Assembly: GCA_964489445.1 (NCBI GenBank) | Contig: CAZAYU010000001.1 | Span: 442,480-506,479 of the forward strand | DNA from: an uncultured Planctomycetia bacterium | GTDB taxonomy: Bacteria; Omnitrophota; Gorgyraeia; Duberdicusellales; 4484-171 | Length of the DNA: 64,000 nucleotides | Direction: 5' to 3' | In this document: positions 11,737-20,079 of the stretch, in pieces | How positions within the stretch are numbered: position 1 is the stretch's first letter | Layout of the letters: every line of letters starts with the position of its first letter | The notes under the pieces: generated by a model | The model's input: only the letters and a program-made list of their open reading frames with translations | Databases searched by the model: none | Told to the model about the DNA's origin: nothing | Position numbers and translations under genes: made by a program

Positions 11737-12903
11737 TTAAAGTGTAAAAGGCATTCCCCAAATATTAATAAATCCGCTGGCCCAATCTCGATTAAAATCA
11801 TCCTTACTTCCATAGGTAGCCAGTCTTTGCTGGTATAAGGAATTTGGAGAATTCCGCTTAGCAATAATAATATTTCCCTTATATAATTTTAAAGTAATCT
11901 TACCACAGACTCTTTTTTGAATTTCTGCTGTAAAAGCGTCTAGTGACCTCTTAAAAACAGAAAACCACAGCCCTTCATAGACTAAGCGTGCATATTTTAA
12001 AGAAGCTATCTTCTTAAAATAAAGTGTTTCTTTATCCAACACTAAGCCCTCCAACTCCCTTAAAGCCGTATGTAGAATCCAAGCTGCCGGAGCTTCATAA
12101 ATTTCTCTTGATTTTATTCCTACAACCCGATCTTCAACCAAATCTGTTCGGCCAATACAATTATCCCCACCAATTTTATTTAATTTTTCGATTATCTCCA
12201 CAAAATCTAAAGATTTGTTATTTAAACTTACCGGCTTGCCTTTATCAAACTCGATTACTACACGCTTAAAGCTGTCAGCGGCTTTATCTAAACTCTTTGT
12301 AAGCAAAAAAGCCTGCTCTTGAGGTTCATTTTCTAAATTTTCTAAAGCACCAGATTCAATGCTTACTCCCCAAATATTTTTATCAATACTGTAAATCTTT
12401 TTTTCAGTAGTTTCGACTGGTATTTTATGTTTTTTTGCGTAAGCAATTTCTGAAAGTCTAGAAGTCAAATGCCATTCTCTCAGAGGAGCAATTATTTTTA
12501 ATTTTGGATTTAGGGCTTTAACGGCCACTTCAATTCTGACCTGATCGTTACCTTTAGCTGTGCAACCATGGGCAATATATTCCGCTTTTTCTTTTTCAGC
12601 TATATCCACCAAATGCTTAGCAATTAATGGTCTTCCTAATGCTGTAGCTAAAATATACTTATCTTCATAAACAGCACCTGCTTTTAGCGAAGGTAAAATA
12701 TACTCTAAAGCAAATTCTTTTCTTAAATCTTTAATGTATAATTTAGACCCGCTTAATGCTACTTTTTTCTTCAACTCTAAGGGAGAAAATTCACTACCTA
12801 AATCAGCCGAAAAGCAAATGACTTTATAACCCTTTGCTTTGAGCCAATGAAGACAGCAGGAAGTATCTAGTCCACCTGAATAAGCTAAAATTACTTTTTT
12901 CAT
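11737..12903 (-). CDS. argG: Argininosuccinate synthase
   Basis: MKKVILAYSGGLDTSCCLHWL provides the PP-loop, and the protein is 388 aa. Confidence 0.9.
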   Translation of the reverse strand: MKKVILAYSGGLDTSCCLHWLKAKGYKVICFSADLGSEFSPLELKKKVALSGSKLYIKDLRKEFALEYILPSLKAGAVYEDKYILATALGRPLIAKHLVDIAEKEKAEYIAHGCTAKGNDQVRIEVAVKALNPKLKIIAPLREWHLTSRLSEIAYAKKHKIPVETTEKKIYSIDKNIWGVSIESGALENLENEPQEQAFLLTKSLDKAADSFKRVVIEFDKGKPVSLNNKSLDFVEIIEKLNKIGGDNCIGRTDLVEDRVVGIKSREIYEAPAAWILHTALRELEGLVLDKETLYFKKIASLKYARLVYEGLWFSVFKRSLDAFTAEIQKRVCGKITLKLYKGNIIIAKRNSPNSLYQQRLATYGSKDDFNRDWASGFINIWGMPFTL

Positions 12904-13835
12904 TTATTTAAAAGATAATATAGTATAGCTTTGGCAGTATGCAAGCGATTCTCCGCCTGTTGAAAAACTGCTGACTGACTACCATCAATAACCGAATCAG
13001 TAATCTCCTCCCCCCGATGTGCAGGAAGACAATGCAATACTAAACAATTTTTATTAGCGTTCTTTAAGATTGTATCATCTATTCGAAATTTTTTAAAAGC
13101 TTTTTTTCGGCTAGCTGCTTCTTTTTCCTTTCCCATCGAAACCCAAACATCGGTATAAAGCACATCAGCTCTTTTAGTCGCTTCCTTAACAGAAGTACTG
13201 AAATCAATCACAGCCTTGCTATTAGATGCCTGCTTTTTGGCTGATTTTAAAATACTCAAACTCGGCGAATACTTAGCTGGAGAAGCCACAGTTAATTTTC
13301 CTCCTAAAATAGAAAAAGCATTAATCAGAGAAACACATACATTGTTTCCATCACCAATATACGTTACTTTTAATTTTTTTAAATCTCCTCTCAGCTCTTT
13401 AATAGTGAGAATATCCGCTAAAACCTGGCTGGGATGTAATAAATCACTCAACCCATTAACTACCGGTATACCTGAAGCATTTTTAAATTCCAAGATAGTT
13501 TTGTGGAAAAAGGTACGCAGGACAGCTAAATCCAGATAGCCGGAAAGGGTACGAGCGACATCGGAAACTTTTTCTCTCTTTCCTATTTTTACTTCTTCCG
13601 GAGCATAATAGACTGCTTTAGCCCCCAGCTGCAAAGCACCTAAATAAAAAGCTGTTTTAGTGCGCAAGGACGCCTTTTCGAATAATAAACCTACTGCTTT
13701 TCCACTTAATGATTTATCATAGCTTAAAGGATTTTTTTTTAATTTTAAAGCTAGTTGAATTAATCCATTAATTTCACTTGCTGAAAAATCTTTTAAAGAA
13801 ATAAAGTGTCTCATGTTATTATTCTTTTTAACCAT
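12900..13835 (-). CDS. argF: Ornithine carbamoyltransferase, with a divergent carbamoyl-phosphate motif
   Basis: HPSQVLAD, DVWVSMG and HCLPAHRGEE are present, but the canonical STRTR reads SLRTK. Confidence 0.75.
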   Translation of the reverse strand: MVKKNNNMRHFISLKDFSASEINGLIQLALKLKKNPLSYDKSLSGKAVGLLFEKASLRTKTAFYLGALQLGAKAVYYAPEEVKIGKREKVSDVARTLSGYLDLAVLRTFFHKTILEFKNASGIPVVNGLSDLLHPSQVLADILTIKELRGDLKKLKVTYIGDGNNVCVSLINAFSILGGKLTVASPAKYSPSLSILKSAKKQASNSKAVIDFSTSVKEATKRADVLYTDVWVSMGKEKEAASRKKAFKKFRIDDTILKNANKNCLVLHCLPAHRGEEITDSVIDGSQSAVFQQAENRLHTAKAILYYLLNK

Positions 13836-15003
13836 TCAATACTTTCCCAAGTATATCTAACCCCTGGTCTAATTCTTTTTGGCTTACATTCAAGGCCGGC
13901 ATAATTCTTACGATAGTCTGGTGAGTAGAATTTACAACTAGCCCTCTTTTTAAACAGTTTATAAATACTGGATATGAATCAGTATCTAGCTCCAGCCCAA
14001 TCATTAGCCCTTTTCCTCTAACATCTTTAATGACCGAATTTTTTTTCTTAAGATCTTTCAATCTTTTAATTAAATAGTTGCTCTGTTTCTTAACATTGTC
14101 TAATATTTTTTCTTCTTTTATCGCTTTAAAAGTCTCTCCGGAGGCGATACTAGCTAAAGGAGAGCCACCAAAAGTTGAAGCATGCATGCCGGGTGAAACC
14201 AAACAAGAAATATTTTCACCAGCCACTATCGCAGAAATCGGAAAACCAGCACCTAGACCTTTAGACAAAACTAGAATATCCGGGGTCACTCCATAATGTT
14301 GATAACAGAATAATTTTCCGGTTCGGCCCATACCAGTTTGGACTTCATCAACTATAAATAATAAATCGTTCTTCCGACAATAATCTTTTACATCCTTTAT
14401 GTATTTTTTATCCGCAACATTTACCCCTCCTTCACCTTGAATAAGTTCCAGTAAAACTGCTACGGTTTTTTTGCTGCAGCGACGTTTAAAATCTATAAAA
14501 TCATTAAATCTTGCTTCTTTAAACCCAGGAACAACCGGCCTAAAAGGCATTTTATACTTGCTTTGCCCGGTTGCTGAAAGCGCCGCAAAAGTTCTTCCGT
14601 GAAAGGAATTACTCATAGCTACCACTTCATAACGAACACCTTTACCGTAAAGTCGACTAAATTTAATAGCGCCTTCTACTGCTTCAGCTCCAGAGTTAGC
14701 AAAGAATACTTTACCCGGAAAGCTAAGTTCAGTAATTTTTTTTGCCAGAAAAGCCTGTTCTTTAAAAAACAGGTTATTAGGAAGATGAATTAGTTTCTTA
14801 GCCTGTTTTCCTATTGCCTGGGCTACTTTAGGATGACAATGCCCCAAAATAGAAACTCCCCAGCCGGGAAAAAGATCCAGATACCGCTTGCCTTTATCAT
14901 CCCAGAGAAAACTTCCCTTACCCCTTACAAATACCGGGCCCACTCTAGTATAAGTATTTAAAGAATACTTTTTGAATATCTTTTGTATATTTTCTTTTTC
15001 CAT
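13828..15003 (-). CDS. argD: Acetylornithine aminotransferase (class III aminotransferase)
   Basis: A class III PLP aminotransferase of 391 aa located in the arg operon. Confidence 0.85.
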   Translation of the reverse strand: MEKENIQKIFKKYSLNTYTRVGPVFVRGKGSFLWDDKGKRYLDLFPGWGVSILGHCHPKVAQAIGKQAKKLIHLPNNLFFKEQAFLAKKITELSFPGKVFFANSGAEAVEGAIKFSRLYGKGVRYEVVAMSNSFHGRTFAALSATGQSKYKMPFRPVVPGFKEARFNDFIDFKRRCSKKTVAVLLELIQGEGGVNVADKKYIKDVKDYCRKNDLLFIVDEVQTGMGRTGKLFCYQHYGVTPDILVLSKGLGAGFPISAIVAGENISCLVSPGMHASTFGGSPLASIASGETFKAIKEEKILDNVKKQSNYLIKRLKDLKKKNSVIKDVRGKGLMIGLELDTDSYPVFINCLKRGLVVNSTHQTIVRIMPALNVSQKELDQGLDILGKVLNG

Positions 15004-15076
15004 CTATTCTCTACTCCGAACGTCTGCTACCATCTTCTTCTATCCTCTATCTTCTATTTCCTCAATCTCAACCTTT
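15004..15076 (-). repeat. Purine-rich (sense-strand) GAAGATGG-type leader repeat between argB and argD
   Basis: Sense strand reads GAGGAAATAGAAGATAGAGGATAGAAGAAGATGGTAGCAGACG. It is related to the leader repeats at 29.6, 45.2, 59.9 and 62.5 kb. Confidence 0.35.
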
Positions 15077-15928
15077 CTACTTGACAATTTCGGTGCTAAT
15101 ACCCGTATCAGTAAATATTTCCAATAATAGAGCGTGCGGAATCTTAGCATCAACAATATGTGCTTTATTTACTCCAGACTCAATTGCCTGAGCAGCAGCA
15201 CGAACTTTAGGAATCATGCCCGCATCAATAGTTTTCCCTTCAATTAACTCTTCCGCCTCTTTAGCGGTCATTGTCGAAATCAAAGAATCCTCATTGCGGG
15301 GATCACGCATCACCCCTAAAATATTTGTTAATAGTACTAATTTTTCTGCTTTCATTTGTGAAGCTAAAAAAAATGCTACTTCATCAGCATTAATATTAAA
15401 ATTGAACCCGTCTTCGGAGTATCCCATCGGGCAAATTACCGGAACTGACTCTTTAAGTAAATCATCAAGCTTGCTTCGATTAAAATCCACGATATCCCCC
15501 ACAAAGCCCAAATCAATTTTACTTTTCTTTTTTACTGTCTTCAGTATGCTTTCTCTTCCTTTAAATCCCACCGCTTTAACTCCATGGCCATTGATTTCCT
15601 TGACTATCAAATCATTAAGCTTATCTAATTCACTTTCTACTACCTTTAGAGTAAATGCATCAGTAACTCTTATTCCATCTATAAATTCTGACTTGATTTT
15701 ATGTTCTCTAAGTTCTTCAGTTATATTTGGCCCTCCGCCGTGAACAATAATCGGCCTTATCCCAGCAAATCTCAAGAAAGCAATATCTTCTAAGACACAC
15801 TTACGAATTCTTTCTTCGCCTAAAATTGACCCCCCGTATTTAATGATAAATACTTTTTTATGGAACTTTTTTATATAAGGTAAGGCCTCTATTAATACAT
15901 CTGCCTTCTTTATCGCTTCATCCACCAT
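15077..15928 (-). CDS. argB: Acetylglutamate kinase
   Basis: VFIIKYGGS marks the amino-acid kinase family, and the protein is 283 aa. Confidence 0.9.
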   Translation of the reverse strand: MVDEAIKKADVLIEALPYIKKFHKKVFIIKYGGSILGEERIRKCVLEDIAFLRFAGIRPIIVHGGGPNITEELREHKIKSEFIDGIRVTDAFTLKVVESELDKLNDLIVKEINGHGVKAVGFKGRESILKTVKKKSKIDLGFVGDIVDFNRSKLDDLLKESVPVICPMGYSEDGFNFNINADEVAFFLASQMKAEKLVLLTNILGVMRDPRNEDSLISTMTAKEAEELIEGKTIDAGMIPKVRAAAQAIESGVNKAHIVDAKIPHALLLEIFTDTGISTEIVK

Positions 15929-15940
15929 TTAAGCACTCCT

Positions 15941-17035
15941 TTAGCTATACTCAGCATTAATCTTAACATATTTTGGTGTTAAGTCAGAAGTATACACTGT
16001 CCAACAGTATTTACCTCTCTTTAAGTCTATTGTTATAGTCACATTTTTTTTCTTTAACGACGTTGATTGGATGACAATGTTTTCGTCAACCTTTATCCCG
16101 GATTGCCCCAGTGCCGAGATAATTCTCCCCCAATTTGAATTAGCGCCATATAAAGCGCACTTAAACAGCAATGAATTAGCCAAAGAAAAACCAGCTTTTT
16201 TTGCCTCATTGACGCTCTTTGCCCCTTTAATCCGAAGTTCAATGAATTTGCTTGCTCCTTCAGCATCTTTGACAATCATTTTTGCTAGTTTTAAACAATT
16301 CTTTTTTAATTCTTCAGCAAACAAAGATACTTGCTTCGAAGATCCAAGAGGAACCTTCCCACTAGTCATAAATAAAGCCATATCATTTGTGCTTGTACAT
16401 CCATCTACACTTATTGAGTTAAAGCTTTCCTCTACTGCCTGTTTAGCAATCTGTTTAAAGACTTTTACCGGCAGCTTTACATCAGTAAGAATAAATCCTA
16501 ACATGGTAGCCATATTAGGATAAATCATTCCAGCTCCTTTGGCGAACCCAGATATAGTTACCTTGTTATTACTTACTCCAACTTGAGAAAAGGAAACTTT
16601 CTTAAATGTATCCGTAGTAAGGATGCTAGAAGCAAAATTATCCACATTTGTTTTTAGCCCCTTTATCAGAATCGGTAAATTGCTTATTATCTTATTTTTA
16701 GGCAATTTCTTCCCAATAATGCCTGTTGAAGAAATGAGAATGTTTTCTGGCTTAACATCCAGCTCTTTCGCTAAATGAATAACAATATTTTCCGTATCCT
16801 TTAAACCACTTGTATGCGAATAACAATTAGCATTACCACTGTTAACCAAAACTGCTTTTATTCGATTATTTATATTTTTCTTGCACAAAGTAACCGAATA
16901 AGAAGGATTTACATTGGCAGTAAAAGAAGCTTGCGCCTTGGCAAAGTCTGGACAAAAAATCAATCCTAAATCTAATTTTTTTCTTTTGATCCCACAATGA
17001 ATGCCCGAAACTAAAAATCCTTTTGGTAAATGCAT
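15941..17035 (-). CDS. argJ: Bifunctional ornithine acetyltransferase / N-acetylglutamate synthase
   Basis: ArgJ family member with the autoproteolytic ATML site (PNMATMLGFILTD). Confidence 0.9.
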   Translation of the reverse strand: MHLPKGFLVSGIHCGIKRKKLDLGLIFCPDFAKAQASFTANVNPSYSVTLCKKNINNRIKAVLVNSGNANCYSHTSGLKDTENIVIHLAKELDVKPENILISSTGIIGKKLPKNKIISNLPILIKGLKTNVDNFASSILTTDTFKKVSFSQVGVSNNKVTISGFAKGAGMIYPNMATMLGFILTDVKLPVKVFKQIAKQAVEESFNSISVDGCTSTNDMALFMTSGKVPLGSSKQVSLFAEELKKNCLKLAKMIVKDAEGASKFIELRIKGAKSVNEAKKAGFSLANSLLFKCALYGANSNWGRIISALGQSGIKVDENIVIQSTSLKKKNVTITIDLKRGKYCWTVYTSDLTPKYVKINAEYS

Positions 17036-17061
17036 TCTTCTCCCTTTTAAAAAAATACTAC

Positions 17062-18087
17062 TTACTGCAATCCTGTAGTTTGATCACATCCCAACATAAT
17101 ATTCATATTTTCCACAGCTTGTCCTGCAGCTCCCTTAATAAGATTATCAATACAGGAAACAACCACAGCCTGTTTTCCGTTTTCATTTAATTCAAATCCA
17201 ATATCACAATAATTACTTCCCACAACCTCTTTTAGCTTTGGCAAATTATTTTTAATTCTAACAAAAGGACAATTTCTGTAGTGCTTTTGATAGAGATCAA
17301 ACAATTGACTACTCTTAACTTTCTTTTTAAACCAAACATAAATTGTTGAATATATCCCCGCATCAATGCCAACAACATGAGGCGTAAATGAAATGTCTAC
17401 TTCTTTCTGCGTTTTGGCTTTTAAAATATTAACCGCCTCAGGTACATGCTGATGCGTAAATGGTTTATACGCCCAGATATTATTAGAAACGTTAATATAG
17501 TGATAGTCAATAATCGCTTTTTTCCCAGCTCCAGTAATTGATGACTTTGAGTCAATAACTACTTTTAATTCAATAAGCCCTTCCTTCAATAAAGGAAAAA
17601 GCGGTAAAATCATCGACGTAGGATAACAACCGGGATTAGCAACTAGTTGGGCCTTACCAATTGCTACTTTGTATAATTCCGGCAATCCATAAACAGCTTT
17701 TTTTAAATTTTTCTTATCTTCATGTAAAGCGCGATAGTATTTCTTATACTCTTCTGAATCCTGTAAACGATAATCAGCAGAAAGGTCAACTACCTTTTTC
17801 TTTGCTTTTAGCAAATAAGGAACAAACTTCATAGAAACAGTATGTGGTAATGATAAAAACAAAAAATCACATTTTTTAAGTGATTTCTCAATGCTTAGAG
17901 GCTCACACTTTAAATTAGTCTTATTGCTAAAACAAGCAAATAAATCACTGTAATAAACCGGCTTTTCAGTGCGAGACGCTAAATAACATACTTCTACATT
18001 AGGATGCTTAATTAAAATATCTACCAGCTTCTCCCCGGTAAATCCAGTAGCCCCTAACACCCCCACTCTCGTCTTTTTCTTCACCAT
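17062..18087 (-). CDS. argC: N-acetyl-gamma-glutamyl-phosphate reductase
   Basis: VGVLGATGFTGEKL is present. The true start is probably the ATG at 18087, which has a GGAG SD, and the track's TTG extension to 18111 is unlikely. Confidence 0.9.
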   Translation of the reverse strand: MVKKKTRVGVLGATGFTGEKLVDILIKHPNVEVCYLASRTEKPVYYSDLFACFSNKTNLKCEPLSIEKSLKKCDFLFLSLPHTVSMKFVPYLLKAKKKVVDLSADYRLQDSEEYKKYYRALHEDKKNLKKAVYGLPELYKVAIGKAQLVANPGCYPTSMILPLFPLLKEGLIELKVVIDSKSSITGAGKKAIIDYHYINVSNNIWAYKPFTHQHVPEAVNILKAKTQKEVDISFTPHVVGIDAGIYSTIYVWFKKKVKSSQLFDLYQKHYRNCPFVRIKNNLPKLKEVVGSNYCDIGFELNENGKQAVVVSCIDNLIKGAAGQAVENMNIMLGCDQTTGLQ

Positions 18088-18143
18088 ATTTCTCCAATTC
18101 ACAAACAGCAAAAATCACTAATTGTCTTTACTAGCAAAAGATT

Positions 18144-18172
18144 ATCATAAACTAAAACAGCCTACCAGTCAA
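18144..18172 (-). promoter_or_regulatory. Candidate sigma70 promoter for the arg-lys operon
   Basis: On the minus-sense strand TTGACT, a 17-nt spacer and TATGAT lie about 55-85 nt upstream of the argC ATG. Confidence 0.35.
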
Positions 18173-18258
18173 CATAATTAACCAATCATGCTGGTTTTCA
18201 CCTTTCTGAGGCTGGATTACTCTAATTGTCTAATTATTTTAGAAAATCAGCAAGTTAA

Positions 18259-18606
18259 TTACGAGCAAAATTCTATAGTATCCCCGATTTCTACATTTAA
18301 CTTCGCTAATTTAAGGGCGGGAAACTCAATAGTAAAAGCCGCATTCAGGCAAAAAACACAACGCCCAGGATAAACTGAATGGCAAATTCTGGTTACCCGC
18401 ATCTTTTTATCTAAAAACAAGATATCAATAGGAAAACGCATAAAAAAAGTATGAATTGAAGGCGCATTAATAAAAATAAGCGCACCTTGCTCATCCATAG
18501 ATTTTTTAAACATTAACCCTTTAAGCCGTAAAAAAAAACTATTAGCTGTTTTGGCCGACTTGCTTAATACTGTTGCTTTATTCTTATTCTTTATGATTTG
18601 GATCAT
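18259..18606 (-). CDS. DUF192 (COG1430) domain protein
   Basis: A 115-aa protein with a DUF192-like core (GLMF...ALIF...PSIHTFFMRFPIDILFLD). Confidence 0.65.
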   Translation of the reverse strand: MIQIIKNKNKATVLSKSAKTANSFFLRLKGLMFKKSMDEQGALIFINAPSIHTFFMRFPIDILFLDKKMRVTRICHSVYPGRCVFCLNAAFTIEFPALKLAKLNVEIGDTIEFCS

Positions 18607-19001
18607 TTTATCCTAGCCATTACCGCTTCCGGAATAATTTGTGGACGAAAATCACAACAAATACATGCAATTTGTGTTACAGCAGAAACTAGAATAATAT
18701 CTTGCCGCTTAACTTCCTGAAAAAAATCTAGCGAAGCATTTTTAAGCTTGACTATTTTAGTTGTTACAGAAATCTGCTCGCCATAACGTGCCGGAGATTT
18801 AAAATTCACTTCAATCTTTCTTACAGCAAACAATGTATTATTTTCGGATAGCTGCTTAATATCTACACCTTTATCCGAAAAATATTCGGTTCGCGCTTCC
18901 TCAAAATACTTGAAATAATTAGCATAATAGACAACTCCTCCGCAATCAGTGTCGTGATAATATATCTTTTTGTCAATTTTATGCATCATCTCTCCTTTCA
19001 A
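18603..19001 (-). CDS. Acyl-CoA thioesterase of the YbgC/4HBT family
   Basis: IYYHDTDCGGVVYYANYFKYFEEARTEYF shows the hotdog-fold YbgC-like signature. Confidence 0.75.
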   Translation of the reverse strand: MKGEMMHKIDKKIYYHDTDCGGVVYYANYFKYFEEARTEYFSDKGVDIKQLSENNTLFAVRKIEVNFKSPARYGEQISVTTKIVKLKNASLDFFQEVKRQDIILVSAVTQIACICCDFRPQIIPEAVMARIK

Positions 19002-19043
19002 TGGCTCCTAAACTACTTTCTACTGAAATATTATACTTTAAAA

Positions 19044-19229
19044 TCATAAACGAAAAAAGAAATTAATAAATGGGCTGTCAAACTTCCGAAGCGACTTTTT
19101 ATAGTAATTACCTAAATAAATTAAAAATGCCCCACCCAAAATTAATACAAACGCAACTATTAAAGACAATAACGGCGGATAAATCGCAATTAAAATTCCG
19201 GAAAGAACAAGAATAATTCCGATAACCAT
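19044..19229 (-). CDS. Small two-TM membrane protein
   Basis: A GGGGAGG SD lies 5 nt upstream of the ATG. The protein has two hydrophobic helices and is the first gene of a mini-operon with the thioesterase and DUF192 genes. Confidence 0.4.
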   Translation of the reverse strand: MVIGIILVLSGILIAIYPPLLSLIVAFVLILGGAFLIYLGNYYKKSLRKFDSPFINFFFRL

Positions 19230-19412
19230 CAATACCTCCCCGCTTAATGTTTTGTTTTAATAAAATAAACCCTGACTGTTTTTCAAATAATTTTCTTAAT
19301 CCGATAAGTCCCATCAATAGTTTACCACGCAATGAGAAAAAAACGCTAAAAATACCCTAGCATTATTAAAAAATATTTAATTTTCACCTGACTTTTCTTT
19401 ATTTTGCTTTTA

Positions 19413-20060
19413 TTATTTTTTACTGGTTAAGAAATTATCCATATCGTCCGGCAAATCTATCTTCAAATTTACTGTTTCTCCACTTACCGGATGTAAAAAA
19501 CTCAAAGAATAAGCATGCAACGCCAAACGTTTGAATTTAACATCAAAATCCCTTCGAAATGCATACTTACTTTCTCCTAATATCGGATGCCCAATTTTTG
19601 CCAAATGAATCCTTAACTGATTGGTTCTTCCGGTTAACGGCTCTAGGTCAACAATGCTATAGCCTTTGTATTCTTCAATTACCTTATACTTTGTTTTAGC
19701 ATCCTTGGCTTTTTCACCGAATTTTTTTCCTTCGCTATCAATTATCTCGCAATCGATAACTCCTTTTTTTTTGTTTATATTCCCCCGGACAAACGCGATA
19801 TATCTTTTTTTAATAACCCGATCTCTAAACTGTTGGGTAATCTTTTTTTGTGTTTGTTTGTCTTTGGCATAGATAACTAATCCAGTAGTTTCCTTATCCA
19901 AGCGATGACAAGGAAAAACTTTTTCACCTTTTTTTCTTTCTAGCAACGAGGTTAATGTATTCTTTACTGTCTTTCGACATCCGCAAGCTAAAATCTTAAC
20001 CCTTTTGTCTAAGACAATCAAATACTCATCATCAAATATAGTTTGAAATGCTTCTTTCAC
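19413..20060 (-). CDS. RluA-family pseudouridine synthase
   Basis: Catalytic motif HRLDKETTGLVIYAKD is present, and the protein is 215 aa. Confidence 0.85.
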   Translation of the reverse strand: MKEAFQTIFDDEYLIVLDKRVKILACGCRKTVKNTLTSLLERKKGEKVFPCHRLDKETTGLVIYAKDKQTQKKITQQFRDRVIKKRYIAFVRGNINKKKGVIDCEIIDSEGKKFGEKAKDAKTKYKVIEEYKGYSIVDLEPLTGRTNQLRIHLAKIGHPILGESKYAFRRDFDVKFKRLALHAYSLSFLHPVSGETVNLKIDLPDDMDNFLTSKK

Positions 20061-20079
20061 TTGTAATTAATTTTAAAAC

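Noticed and set aside
11667-11864. A 65-aa ORF overlapping the argG 3' end and the argG-argH gap
   Set aside because: It is in a different frame over the argG C-terminus, has no SD and is compositionally like neighbouring antisense/alternate-frame ORFs. I consider it spurious.
18088-18111. A TTG-initiated 8-codon extension of argC
   Set aside because: The ATG at 18087 is preceded by GGAG at good spacing and gives the canonical ArgC N-terminus (MVKKKTRVGVLGATGFTG). The TTG extension is not needed.
18112-18170. ARG box (ArgR operator) upstream of argC
   Set aside because: Only a single weak TGAAT half-site (TTTGTGAATTGG) was seen. There is no convincing 18-bp palindrome pair.
19108-19332. A 74-aa ORF overlapping the small membrane protein gene in another frame
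   Set aside because: The alternative frame (19044-19229) has a strong SD and a clean two-TM hydropathy pattern. The 74-aa ORF has neither.
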